DNA of 64,000 nucleotides from Pedobacter sp. (GTDB taxonomy: Bacteria > Bacteroidota > Bacteroidia > Sphingobacteriales > Sphingobacteriaceae): contig JBCLAL010000008.1 in the NCBI GenBank assembly GCA_038918115.1, forward strand, positions 73,072-137,071, written 5' to 3'. This document shows, one piece after another, positions 1 through 7,485 of this stretch (the first letter of the stretch is position 1; every line of letters starts with the position of its first letter). The notes below the pieces were generated by a model. The model had not been told where the DNA came from. It worked only from the letters and a program-made list of their open reading frames with translations, and made no database searches. The translations under genes and the position numbers were made by a program.

Positions 1-1049
1 AAAGCAGTCCGGTAATCATCTTTATGTCCACCTTTCATTTCATTCAGGCTCTTCATGAAGTTACCGCTGTAGAACTGCAGGCCGGGTTCCTGGGTGAAGA
101 TCTCCATCACCACGCCAGATTTATCTCCGCTTACTGTTGCAACCACATCTTTCTCGCCATGCGCATTTAACACATAGTTATGGTCATAACCGTCTCCAAA
201 TTCAAGCTGCTCATTTTTGTCTTTGATTCGTGTACCAATCTTTTCCGGTTTGTTGAAGTCGAAAGGTGTGCCCGCAACTGGTTCTATTTTACCATTCGGA
301 ATCAAGGTTTTGTCTACAGGTGTGTATTTGTCGGCCTTAATTTGTACGGTATGATCCAGGATGCTGCCACTTGCCTCGCCGTTCAGGTTAAAGAAAGCAT
401 GGTTGGTCAGGTTCACCACGGTATTCTTATCGGTGGTTGCATGGTAACTGATCTTCAATCCGTTGTCGTCCTGCAGGTCGTAAGTCACCTTTACGTCAAG
501 CTCGCCAGGGAAACCTTCTTCCATATCCTTAGATATATAGTGTAATTCCAGGGTATGTTCGTTTGGCTGCTGGGCATCCCACACTACATCCTGGAAGCCC
601 TTTTTGCCACCGTGAAGTGTATTCGGACCGTTGTTGGTGAAGATGGTATATTCTTTACCGTCAAGGCTGAACTTGCCATTGGCAATTCGGTTACCAACAC
701 GTCCGATGGTTGCACCGAAGTAGGGTTCTTTTGACTCCTGGAAGCCGGTTACCGAATTGAAGCCGGCAACAACGTCAATGAGGTTGCCATCCTTATCCGG
801 TACATACAGGCTCACGAGCCTGCCGCCATAGTTGGTGATCAACGCTTTTACGCCCGACTTGTTTTCCAGGGTATAAAGCGCTGTTTTCTTGCCGTCGATG
901 GTTTTTTCGAAATCTTTTGGGTTTAATGCCACTGTACTGCTTTGGTTAGTTGAGTTTGCTTCTTTGGTATTGCTGCCACTGCTGCAGCTGCTTGCAGCCA
1001 TAACGGCGCAGAGCACAAGAAGGTTAATTCGGTTGGTTTTTACGTTCAT
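1..1049 (-). CDS. galM: Aldose 1-epimerase (mutarotase), probable lipoprotein; 3' end runs off the window
   Basis: Not in the ORF track; translated by hand from ATG 1049: MNVKTNRINLLVLCAVMAASSC...ITNYGGRLVSL...GATIGRVGNRIANGKF...LHGG...VNLTNHAFFNL...GYDHNYV...EPGLQFYSGN, all aldose epimerase motifs. Frame is open to base 3. Confidence 0.93.
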   Translation of the reverse strand, partial: MNVKTNRINLLVLCAVMAASSCSSGSNTKEANSTNQSSTVALNPKDFEKTIDGKKTALYTLENKSGVKALITNYGGRLVSLYVPDKDGNLIDVVAGFNSVTGFQESKEPYFGATIGRVGNRIANGKFSLDGKEYTIFTNNGPNTLHGGKKGFQDVVWDAQQPNEHTLELHYISKDMEEGFPGELDVKVTYDLQDDNGLKISYHATTDKNTVVNLTNHAFFNLNGEASGSILDHTVQIKADKYTPVDKTLIPNGKIEPVAGTPFDFNKPEKIGTRIKDKNEQLEFGDGYDHNYVLNAHGEKDVVATVSGDKSGVVMEIFTQEPGLQFYSGNFMKSLNEMKGGHKDDYRTA

Positions 1050-1121
1050 TTTGATGAAATAACAGGTTAAGCTGATCTATATTTAGTTGCAGCACTAAGA
1101 ACGTAAAAAAATCCAGAACCA

Positions 1122-1484
1122 TCAACCCCGTTTGGCGCCCAGTAAAGATAGTGCTCCCACAATGAGACCCGTAATTCCCATGGCAATAAACGTGTTTCTG
1201 GCTGCTGGGTCCCTGGAGATTGCCGGTGCAGCCGCTATGCCGAGGGCCATTACCCCTGAGGCCAGGTCTATGATTGCATGTGTTTTATAGGATATACATT
1301 TAATTGCACCCCATTTTGCATCGGTAAGCAGGCTGGTACCCAGTTCGGCAATTGCGAAGGAGCGGCAAACCGTGGCAGCCTTGCTGTCCTTTTCAAATCC
1401 CATTAGCTTAGGTGCCAGCAATACGGCCGGAATATAACTGTAATCGGCATAAACATGCATCTCTTTGGTGATTCCTTTTATCAT
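1122..1484 (-). CDS. Small membrane protein (SPW-repeat-like hypothetical)
   Basis: 120 aa ORF with several hydrophobic segments and an H..xDY / H..xD internal repeat pattern; the family call is from memory only. Confidence 0.7.
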   Translation of the reverse strand: MIKGITKEMHVYADYSYIPAVLLAPKLMGFEKDSKAATVCRSFAIAELGTSLLTDAKWGAIKCISYKTHAIIDLASGVMALGIAAAPAISRDPAARNTFIAMGITGLIVGALSLLGAKRG

Positions 1485-1638
1485 GATCGTAGGGTTTAGT
1501 TATTGGATGATGGTGAAAGGGTACAAAATCAATGCCCATGGTAGCGGCTGGTGGGCAGCGCCTCAAAATCAAGTATATTCTGCAGCACATGGGGTAATTA
1601 CCTGTTAGTAAATGGGTAACCGGCACGGTCGAAACTGA

Positions 1639-1663
1639 AAACAGGAACGCTGGCATCTTGTTT
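1639..1663 (+). promoter_or_regulatory. AAAC-N15-TTGT motif, copy 1 (candidate alternative-sigma promoter)
   Basis: AAAC AGGAACGCTGGCATC TTGTTT, ending 31 nt before ATG 1695. Confidence 0.6.
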
Positions 1664-1694
1664 AGTAGCAGGACTTACCCTTTTAGCTTACGTT

Positions 1695-3179
1695 ATGCGC
1701 CGAATTAAACTTGTGTACCTGCTCTCTTTTCTCCTCATGTATGGCGCTATGCCCTTGTGTGCACAGCAGCTTGGCGGAGCCGCCAAGGAAGATTTCAAGA
1801 TCCGTATTGTTGCCGACAAGCTAAGTGATCCTTGGGAAATCAGCTATGGTCCGGATGGGCAGCTCTGGGTGACGGAGTCTAAGAACTATAAGGTTTGGCG
1901 GATAGATCCGGCAAGTGGAAAGCGGCAAGCGCTGCTGGATCTCAGCGAAGCGCGGGAGTTCCCGAGATATGATCAAATTGATGATAAAGAAGATGGTGGC
2001 AAACCCTGGCCGCAGGGTGGATTAATAGGCATGGCGCTGCACCCGGATTTGTTGAAAGGCAAACCTTATGTTTACCTAAGCTATATATACCGGTTTAAAA
2101 ATGCTGATGCGGTAGGTAACGGTTCAGAACCCGCATTTAAAGGTTACCATTTTGTAGGGCGACTGGTGCGCTATACCTATAGCCAGAAAGACCAGAAGCT
2201 GGCAGATCCATTGGTGCTCTGCGACAGCATACCGGCAAGCAGCGATCATAATGGCGGGAGACTGTTAATTGCTCCGGTGCAGGGTAAAAATTATCTGTAC
2301 TATAGTATTGGCGACATGGGAGCCGGGCAATTTGATAATGGTGGCCGGCAGAATAAGGCACAGGACAAGAACAGCTATGAGGGCAAGGTGCTGCGTCTCA
2401 ATACCGAACCGGACAAGGATGCGGATCCATTTGACCGCTGGATCCCCAACGACAATCCTTTTAATGGAAGCCGGCAAAACGCGGTATGGTCGCTTGGCCA
2501 CCGTAACCCGCAGGGACTTACCTATGCGCTTGTAAACGGTAAGGGTATGTTGTACAGCGTGGAGCATGGTCCTTATGGGGATGATGAGGTGAACCTGATT
2601 GAAAAGGGGCGGAACTATGGCCACCCGCTCATCATTGGCTATAATGACGGGAACTATGACGGTAAGGCTGCCTCGGTATCTGATCACCAGGAGATCCCTG
2701 GAAAGTGGCACACCAGTTATCCCCTGATTGTTTCAGAATCGGAAAATGCAAAGGCGATGGGCGCCGCATTCCGCGGACCCGAGTTCAGCTTTTATCCCAT
2801 TCCCGCAGATACGCTTGATCAGCTGTTCAATAATAAAGTTCAGGGTAAAGATCAGGAGTGGCAGGCATATGGGCCATCGAGCATTCAGCTATACACCAGC
2901 GATGGGATACCCGGATGGAAAAATTCTTTATTGATCACTACACTGAAAGGATCATCGCTGCTTCGGTTGAAGCTGGATGCGAGTGGAAAGATTTTAGATA
3001 AAGTACCCACGGTATATGTTAAAGGGAAAGTGCGGTATCGTGATCTGGCGATTTCTGCGGATGGTAAGAAAATCTATTTATCTGCGGATAATGCTGCGGT
3101 GAGTTCAGGGCCCTCTAAAGAGAATCCAGCGGAGGTTTCTTACAAGGGGTGTATACTCGAGTTAACGTACACGAGGTAG
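1695..3179 (+). CDS. PQQ-dependent sugar dehydrogenase (glucose/sorbosone dehydrogenase family), secreted
   Basis: Signal peptide; LSDPWEISYGPDG, GGLIGMALHP, HNGGRL, SLGHRNPQG, EHGP..DDEVN and RYRDLAIS motifs of the soluble PQQ beta-propeller dehydrogenases. Confidence 0.9.
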   Translation: MRRIKLVYLLSFLLMYGAMPLCAQQLGGAAKEDFKIRIVADKLSDPWEISYGPDGQLWVTESKNYKVWRIDPASGKRQALLDLSEAREFPRYDQIDDKEDGGKPWPQGGLIGMALHPDLLKGKPYVYLSYIYRFKNADAVGNGSEPAFKGYHFVGRLVRYTYSQKDQKLADPLVLCDSIPASSDHNGGRLLIAPVQGKNYLYYSIGDMGAGQFDNGGRQNKAQDKNSYEGKVLRLNTEPDKDADPFDRWIPNDNPFNGSRQNAVWSLGHRNPQGLTYALVNGKGMLYSVEHGPYGDDEVNLIEKGRNYGHPLIIGYNDGNYDGKAASVSDHQEIPGKWHTSYPLIVSESENAKAMGAAFRGPEFSFYPIPADTLDQLFNNKVQGKDQEWQAYGPSSIQLYTSDGIPGWKNSLLITTLKGSSLLRLKLDASGKILDKVPTVYVKGKVRYRDLAISADGKKIYLSADNAAVSSGPSKENPAEVSYKGCILELTYTR

Positions 3180-3252
3180 GGTTCTCTTATATTTAAATTT
3201 TTTTTTCAAAAAAATTACCACCATGTAATTTGTTCTGCCATACTTCTTAATA

Positions 3253-3267
3253 CTCGGAATGACCGAG
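3253..3267. promoter_or_regulatory. CTCGG-N5-CCGAG palindrome, candidate XRE operator (second copy 3753..3767)
   Basis: Perfect 5-5-5 inverted repeat, identical in both units, 17-18 nt upstream of each XRE start codon. Confidence 0.5.
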
Positions 3268-3285
3268 GATTAAAAATTAAATATT

Positions 3286-3534
3286 ATGTTAAAAATTTAT
3301 CCAGCCATCAAGTTCTTGAGATTGAAAAATGGTTTAACCCAACAACAAGTTGCAAACAAACTGAACTGTACAGTACCCGCCTACAGTAAATTGGAAACTG
3401 GCACAACGGAAATAACGCATGGCCTTTTAAAGCAGTTGTCGGTAATTTACGACATGAGTATTCGTGAGATCTATCAGCTTGCATTAGACCTCTCAAAAGA
3501 CGAGGATTACGAAAAGCCAGGTGATAAGAATTAG
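3286..3534 (+). CDS. XRE-family helix-turn-helix regulator, copy 1 (short C-terminus)
   Basis: IKFLRLKNGLTQQQVANKLNCTVPAYSKLETG is a classic HTH_3 pattern. Confidence 0.85.
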   Translation: MLKIYPAIKFLRLKNGLTQQQVANKLNCTVPAYSKLETGTTEITHGLLKQLSVIYDMSIREIYQLALDLSKDEDYEKPGDKN

Positions 3535-3583
3535 AGCATCATTGAAGGTATGAAGAAAGCATCTTGGTAAACTATGAAGTACT

Positions 3584-3641
3584 ATCGCCCTGGTTAGTGA
3601 AGGCATTCCAAATCGCCTAAACTAATCCGGCGATTTTTTTT
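3584..3641 (+). terminator. Long two-tier hairpin followed by a T-run, copy 1
   Basis: ATCGCCCTGGTTAG-tga-AGGC-loop-GCCT-aaa-CTAATCCGGCGAT followed by TTTTTTT. Confidence 0.65.
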
Positions 3642-3784
3642 AAGATGATCTTAAGATGTTTTTTAACGTACGCGTGTTAGGGTTCTCAAATTTTTAAAAT
3701 TTTTTTAAAAAAAATTACCACCATGTATTTTGTTCTGCCATACTTCTTAATACTCGGAATGACCGAGATTAAAAATCAAACATT

Positions 3785-4123
3785 ATGTTAGAAATTTATC
3801 CATCCATTAAGTACTTGAGATTGAAAAATGGTTTAACCCAACAACAGGTTGCAGACAAACTGAGCTGTTCAGTGCCTGCTTACAGTAAATTGGAAACTGG
3901 CGCAACAGACGTGACGCATACCCGTTTAACGCAGTTGTCGGCACTTTACAACATGATGATCTATCAGATCTATCAGCATGCAGAGCCAGTAGACAACTCA
4001 CTGGAGGAAACAAACAAAAAGCTTGCTAATAAAGTTCAAGAGCAGCAAGCAACCATTTCAGCGTTGCAGCGGAAGATCATTGAACTTTATGAAGAGAAGC
4101 ACCGTGATAAAGCAGCGTCATAA
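3785..4123 (+). CDS. XRE-family helix-turn-helix regulator, copy 2, with C-terminal coiled coil
   Basis: IKYLRLKNGLTQQQVADKLSCSVPAYSKLETG, then the heptad-like LANKVQEQQATISALQRKIIELYEE. Confidence 0.88.
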   Translation: MLEIYPSIKYLRLKNGLTQQQVADKLSCSVPAYSKLETGATDVTHTRLTQLSALYNMMIYQIYQHAEPVDNSLEETNKKLANKVQEQQATISALQRKIIELYEEKHRDKAAS

Positions 4124-4157
4124 TTAGATTTATACCAGGTCTTTATCATTAATCAAT

Positions 4158-4214
4158 ATCGCCCGGGTTAGTAGAGGCATTTCAAACAGCCTAAGCTAAT
4201 CCGGGCGATTTTTT
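4158..4214 (+). terminator. Long two-tier hairpin followed by a T-run, copy 2
   Basis: ATCGCCCGGGTTAG / CTAATCCGGGCGAT 14-bp stem with one G-T pair, inner AGGC/GCCT stem, T-run; sits between convergent genes. Confidence 0.7.
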
Positions 4215-4225
4215 CTAGACAATCT

Positions 4226-4570
4226 TTAAAACAACTCCTGCATGTCTCGGTCTGCAGTGTTAATTTTCTTTAGGAATTCATCGAATCCTGGTCCTTTCTG
4301 TTCACTGTACATACCGTATGCATCAGAGATGAAGGAAATACGCTCCTGATTATCTTTTAAGATATAGATCACGGCGTTATCTCCGGGATCTGAATGGCCT
4401 TCGAAACGGTATGTTTTAATAATAGTTAAATCTTCGGGACTATAGGTTTGGTCGATCTTATTACCTTTCATATGTCCGTCTTCCGTCATTGTCAATTCAT
4501 TATCGTAGCCCTTCTGCCTTAACTTTTCTAAAATCTGACTCAGGGTGTTCATTTCTGCTGGTTGTTCCAT
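4226..4570 (-). CDS. Conserved Bacteroidota hypothetical protein
   Basis: 114 aa with TLSQILEKLRQKGY and YRFEGHSDPGDNAVIY...DAYG motifs, recalled as a widespread uncharacterised family; function unknown. Confidence 0.75.
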   Translation of the reverse strand: MEQPAEMNTLSQILEKLRQKGYDNELTMTEDGHMKGNKIDQTYSPEDLTIIKTYRFEGHSDPGDNAVIYILKDNQERISFISDAYGMYSEQKGPGFDEFLKKINTADRDMQELF

Positions 4571-4593
4571 CTTTTCTTCGGTTTATGTAAATA

Positions 4594-4618
4594 AAACAAC
4601 AGCTGTTCTAAATAGTTT
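4594..4618 (-). promoter_or_regulatory. AAAC-N15-TTGT motif, copy 2
   Basis: Minus strand AAAC TATTTAGAACAGCTG TTGTTT, ending 23 nt before ATG 4570. Confidence 0.6.
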
Positions 4619-4634
4619 TTTAGGAAAGGGGCAC

Positions 4635-4667
4635 AAAAAAACAGCTGCCGTTTAGCGGCAGCTGTTT
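4635..4667 (-). terminator. Intrinsic terminator of metK
   Basis: AAACAGCTGCCG-TTTAG-CGGCAGCTGTTT perfect 12-bp stem with a minus-strand T-run. Confidence 0.85.
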
Positions 4668-4693
4668 ATATTAGTTAGAAAGTTGTTTTCTGG

Positions 4694-5944
4694 TTATAAT
4701 CCAAAAGCCGCTTTTACCTGGTCAACATAGTCCAGTTTCTCCCAAGTAAAAAGTTCCACCGTAACTACCTTTTCTTCACCATTAGGCGTTCTGAAGGTTT
4801 TGGTTACGGTTTCTGGTTTTCTGCCCATATGTCCATAAGCAGCAGTTTCGCTATAGATTGGATTTCTAAGTTTAAGTCTTTGCTCGATGAAATAAGGGCG
4901 CATATCGAAGATGCCTTCAACAATTTTCGCGATTTCACCATCAGTCTTAGATACCTTTCCAGTACCATAAGTATTGATGTAGATACCCATAGGTTTGGCA
5001 ACGCCAATGGCATAACTTACCTGTACCAGAATTTCATCAGCCACACCTGCGGCAACCAGGTTTTTAGCGATATGGCGAGTTGCGTATGCTGCGGAGCGGT
5101 CTACCTTGCTTGGGTCTTTACCTGAAAAAGCCCCACCACCGTGCGCGCCTTTACCGCCGTAAGTGTCTACAATGATTTTTCTTCCCGTTAAGCCGGTATC
5201 TCCGTGTGGCCCACCAATTACAAACTTGCCTGTAGGGTTGATGTGATATTGGATCTGATCATTAAAGAGGTGTGCGTACTGCGGATTCTTGCTGATAATT
5301 CTCGGAATGAGAATATTCACCAGGTCTTGCTTGATCTTATCCAGCATTGCTGCCTCTGCATCAAAATCATCGTGCTGTGTAGAAATCACGATGGCATCAA
5401 TTCTAACAGGGCGATTGTTATCATCATATTCCAGGGTAACCTGTGATTTTGCATCCGGTCGCAAATAAGTGATCTCGTCCATTTCGCGTCTAAGCAGTGC
5501 CAGCTCTTGTAAAAGCTTATGGGAAAGATCCAGTGCTAATGGCATGAAATCCTCTGTTTCATTGCTAGCATAACCGAACATCATACCCTGATCTCCAGCA
5601 CCCTGATCCTCCTTATTGGATCTGTCTACGCCTTGATTAATGTCTTGAGATTGTTCATGAATTGCCGAAAGAATTCCGCAGGAGTTTGCCTCAAACATGT
5701 ATTCGCTCTTGGTATAACCTATTTTTCTGATGACGTCGCGCGCTATCTGCTGTACGTCCAGGTAGGTTTTTGATTTTACCTCGCCAGCTAAAATAACCTG
5801 ACCTGTGGTAACAAGGGTTTCGCAGGCGACCTTAGAATCAGAATCGAATGCAAGAAAGTTATCAATGAGTGCGTCTGATATTTGATCTGCTATTTTATCA
5901 GGATGACCTTCAGAAACAGATTCTGATGTAAATAAGTATGACAT
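4694..5944 (-). CDS. metK: S-adenosylmethionine synthetase
   Basis: [35 protein letters not shown] signatures. Confidence 0.99.
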   Translation of the reverse strand: MSYLFTSESVSEGHPDKIADQISDALIDNFLAFDSDSKVACETLVTTGQVILAGEVKSKTYLDVQQIARDVIRKIGYTKSEYMFEANSCGILSAIHEQSQDINQGVDRSNKEDQGAGDQGMMFGYASNETEDFMPLALDLSHKLLQELALLRREMDEITYLRPDAKSQVTLEYDDNNRPVRIDAIVISTQHDDFDAEAAMLDKIKQDLVNILIPRIISKNPQYAHLFNDQIQYHINPTGKFVIGGPHGDTGLTGRKIIVDTYGGKGAHGGGAFSGKDPSKVDRSAAYATRHIAKNLVAAGVADEILVQVSYAIGVAKPMGIYINTYGTGKVSKTDGEIAKIVEGIFDMRPYFIEQRLKLRNPIYSETAAYGHMGRKPETVTKTFRTPNGEEKVVTVELFTWEKLDYVDQVKAAFGL

Positions 5945-6024
5945 TCTAAATAATTTATTAACAATTAAAAATTAAATAAAATGGATGATGATCCTGGTCA
6001 AACAGTCAGTAAAAGGAAGTGTAT

Positions 6025-6095
6025 GGTGGTTAGCACTTTTTTTTACGTGGTTGCAATCCCGCTATCGTTAAATAGCATCTACAAATCAGTCCACT
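6025..6095 (-). ncRNA. SAM-II (long-loop variant) riboswitch upstream of metK
   Basis: Minus strand GTGG-A-CTGATTT...GCTAT-ttaacg-ATAGC...GATTGCAA-CCAC-GTAAAAAAAAGT-GCTAA. This matches the SAM-II core (P1 GTGG/CCAC, UGAUUU, UUGCAA, 3' GCUAA) with an inserted hairpin; it lies directly after a promoter and before metK. Confidence 0.8.
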
Positions 6096-6104
6096 TTAAG
6101 CGCC

Positions 6105-6135
6105 CAAAAATAGGATATAAATTCATATAGTCAAA
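6105..6135 (-). promoter_or_regulatory. Bacteroidota primary-sigma promoter for the riboswitch/metK transcript
   Basis: Minus-strand TTTG (6135..6132), 19 nt spacer, TATTTTTG (6112..6105), matching the -33/-7 consensus TTTG-N19-TAnnTTTG. Confidence 0.75.
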
Positions 6136-6174
6136 AAATATCAATTATTTTGCAACTTCTTTAAAAAGCTCACT

Positions 6175-7065
6175 TTGTCTAAAACGAACATCTTATTCAT
6201 CATCAATCCGATATCCGGGGGGCGCGACAAGACTAATATTCCAGGGCTGATCGACAGGTACTTGGACAAGTTGCGTTTTAATGCCAGTTACCGCTTTACC
6301 GAGTATGCCGGTCATGGTGCCGAGCTCGCGGCAGCAGCAGCACAGCAGCATTTTGATGTTGTTGTTGCCGTTGGGGGCGATGGAACGATAAATGAGGTGG
6401 CGACCGCAGTAATGGCACAGGGTAAGGTGCTTGGTATTTTGCCTTTTGGCTCGGGCAACGGACTGTCGCGCTATCTTAAAATTCCGATGAACACCGTCAA
6501 GGCTATAAAAGTGCTCAATGGGCAACATGTAAGGCGTATTGATACGGCCGTATTTAACGGTAAACGATTTTTTAACATGGCAGGAATGGGATTCGATGCC
6601 CACATCAGCTCGATTTTTGCAGGAAATAAGAAGCGTGGCTTGTCGGGCTATGTAAAACTGGGATTGAAGGAGATGTTGAACTATAAACCGGCAACTTATG
6701 AAATCGAGGTGGATGGTAAGACTATGGAAAGGAAGGCTTTTGTGGTTAGCATTGCAAACAGCTCCCAGTATGGGAATAATACATACATTTCACCTGAGGC
6801 CTCTATATCGGATGGCTTGTTGGATGTATGTATTGTGAAGTCCTTCTCCTTACTGTTGCTGCCAAAGCTGGCTTATCAGATGATAAGTGGCAGGACACAT
6901 CGAAGCGATCTCGTGGAGATCATCCGAGGGCGCTCCATAAAGATTGTACGCGATCACGCCGCACCGATACATATTGATGGGGAACCCTTTCAGATGGACA
7001 GAGAGATTGAAATTAGTATTGCACCTTTATCTTTAAATATAATAACACCAGCATATGAAGCCTAA
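6175..7065 (+). CDS. Diacylglycerol-kinase-family lipid kinase (YegS/BmrU-like)
   Basis: IINPISG, VGGDGTINEV, LPFGSGNGL, GMGFDA, ANSSQYG, IDGE motifs; TTG start. Confidence 0.92.
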   Translation: MSKTNILFIINPISGGRDKTNIPGLIDRYLDKLRFNASYRFTEYAGHGAELAAAAAQQHFDVVVAVGGDGTINEVATAVMAQGKVLGILPFGSGNGLSRYLKIPMNTVKAIKVLNGQHVRRIDTAVFNGKRFFNMAGMGFDAHISSIFAGNKKRGLSGYVKLGLKEMLNYKPATYEIEVDGKTMERKAFVVSIANSSQYGNNTYISPEASISDGLLDVCIVKSFSLLLLPKLAYQMISGRTHRSDLVEIIRGRSIKIVRDHAAPIHIDGEPFQMDREIEISIAPLSLNIITPAYEA

Positions 7066-7405
7066 GAAGAAGTCATTGGAGGACCTTGGTGGAATCATGT
7101 ATTCTACCAATCCGGACTTTGATTTTCCGGAAGAAGAGATTATTGAAACAACTGTTCCCAACAAGCAACAGGATCTGCGTGTAAGTCTGGATCGTAAGAA
7201 CAGGGGTGGAAAAGCCGTAACGCTGATCACGGGGTTCAGGGGCAGCGACGATGCCCTGCAACAATTAGGGAAGATGCTGAAGACAAAATGTGGGGTTGGA
7301 GGGGCTGCCAAGGATGGTGAGATTATCATCCAGGGTGATTTCCGGGATAAGGTTTTAGCGTTGCTGCTGAAGGAAGGCTTCAAAGTTAAAAAAGCGGGTG
7401 GTTAA
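7055..7405 (+). CDS. yciH: Translation initiation factor SUI1 family protein
   Basis: RKNRGGKAVTLITG, LKTKCGVGG, IIIQGDFRD motifs. Confidence 0.93.
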   Translation: MKPKKKSLEDLGGIMYSTNPDFDFPEEEIIETTVPNKQQDLRVSLDRKNRGGKAVTLITGFRGSDDALQQLGKMLKTKCGVGGAAKDGEIIIQGDFRDKVLALLLKEGFKVKKAGG

Positions 7406-7459
7406 AGCATTTGGTGAAATAAATACCTGAATCTGACTTCGCTTTCGTCTTTAAGTATT

Positions 7460-7467
7460 TAGCTTTG
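7460..7467 (+). promoter_or_regulatory. -7 element (TAGCTTTG) for pckA
   Basis: Matches TAnnTTTG and overlaps the ORF-track TTG start, so the real start is downstream. Confidence 0.55.
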
Positions 7468-7485
7468 GGCTTTAAACCAAATATT

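Larger units (their letters stand above)
3177..4214 (+). repeat. Two tandem diverged units (upstream region + XRE gene + downstream hairpin), upstream blocks exactly 500 bp apart
   Basis: TAGGGTTCTC at 3177 and 3678; near-identical block AAAATTACCACCATGTA(A/T)TTTGTTCTGCCATACTTCTTAATACTCGGAATGACCGAG at 3211 and 3711; homologous hairpins at 3584 and 4158. Confidence 0.9.

Noticed and set aside
180-545. 121-aa plus-strand ORF
   Set aside because: Antisense shadow of the aldose epimerase gene, which is missing from the ORF track only because it runs off the window.
1485-1694. ORF 1408..1656 and a hydrophobic in-frame extension upstream of the PQQ dehydrogenase
   Set aside because: No start codon in the extension, no recognisable family, and the region holds the promoter motif.
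3211-3233. AAAA-N15-TTGT upstream of the XRE genes as a sixth stress-motif copy
   Set aside because: Lacks the C that is invariant in the five counted copies.
3584-4214. XRE-associated repeats as CRISPR or attC sites
   Set aside because: Only two units, no spacer pattern, no cas gene, and no AAC...GTTRRRY ends.
4804-5446. Short ORFs overlapping metK
   Set aside because: Alternate-frame or antisense shadows of a conserved gene; the same applies to the many short ORFs inside pckA, tonB, nuo, hlyC, gldJ, typA, susC and susD.
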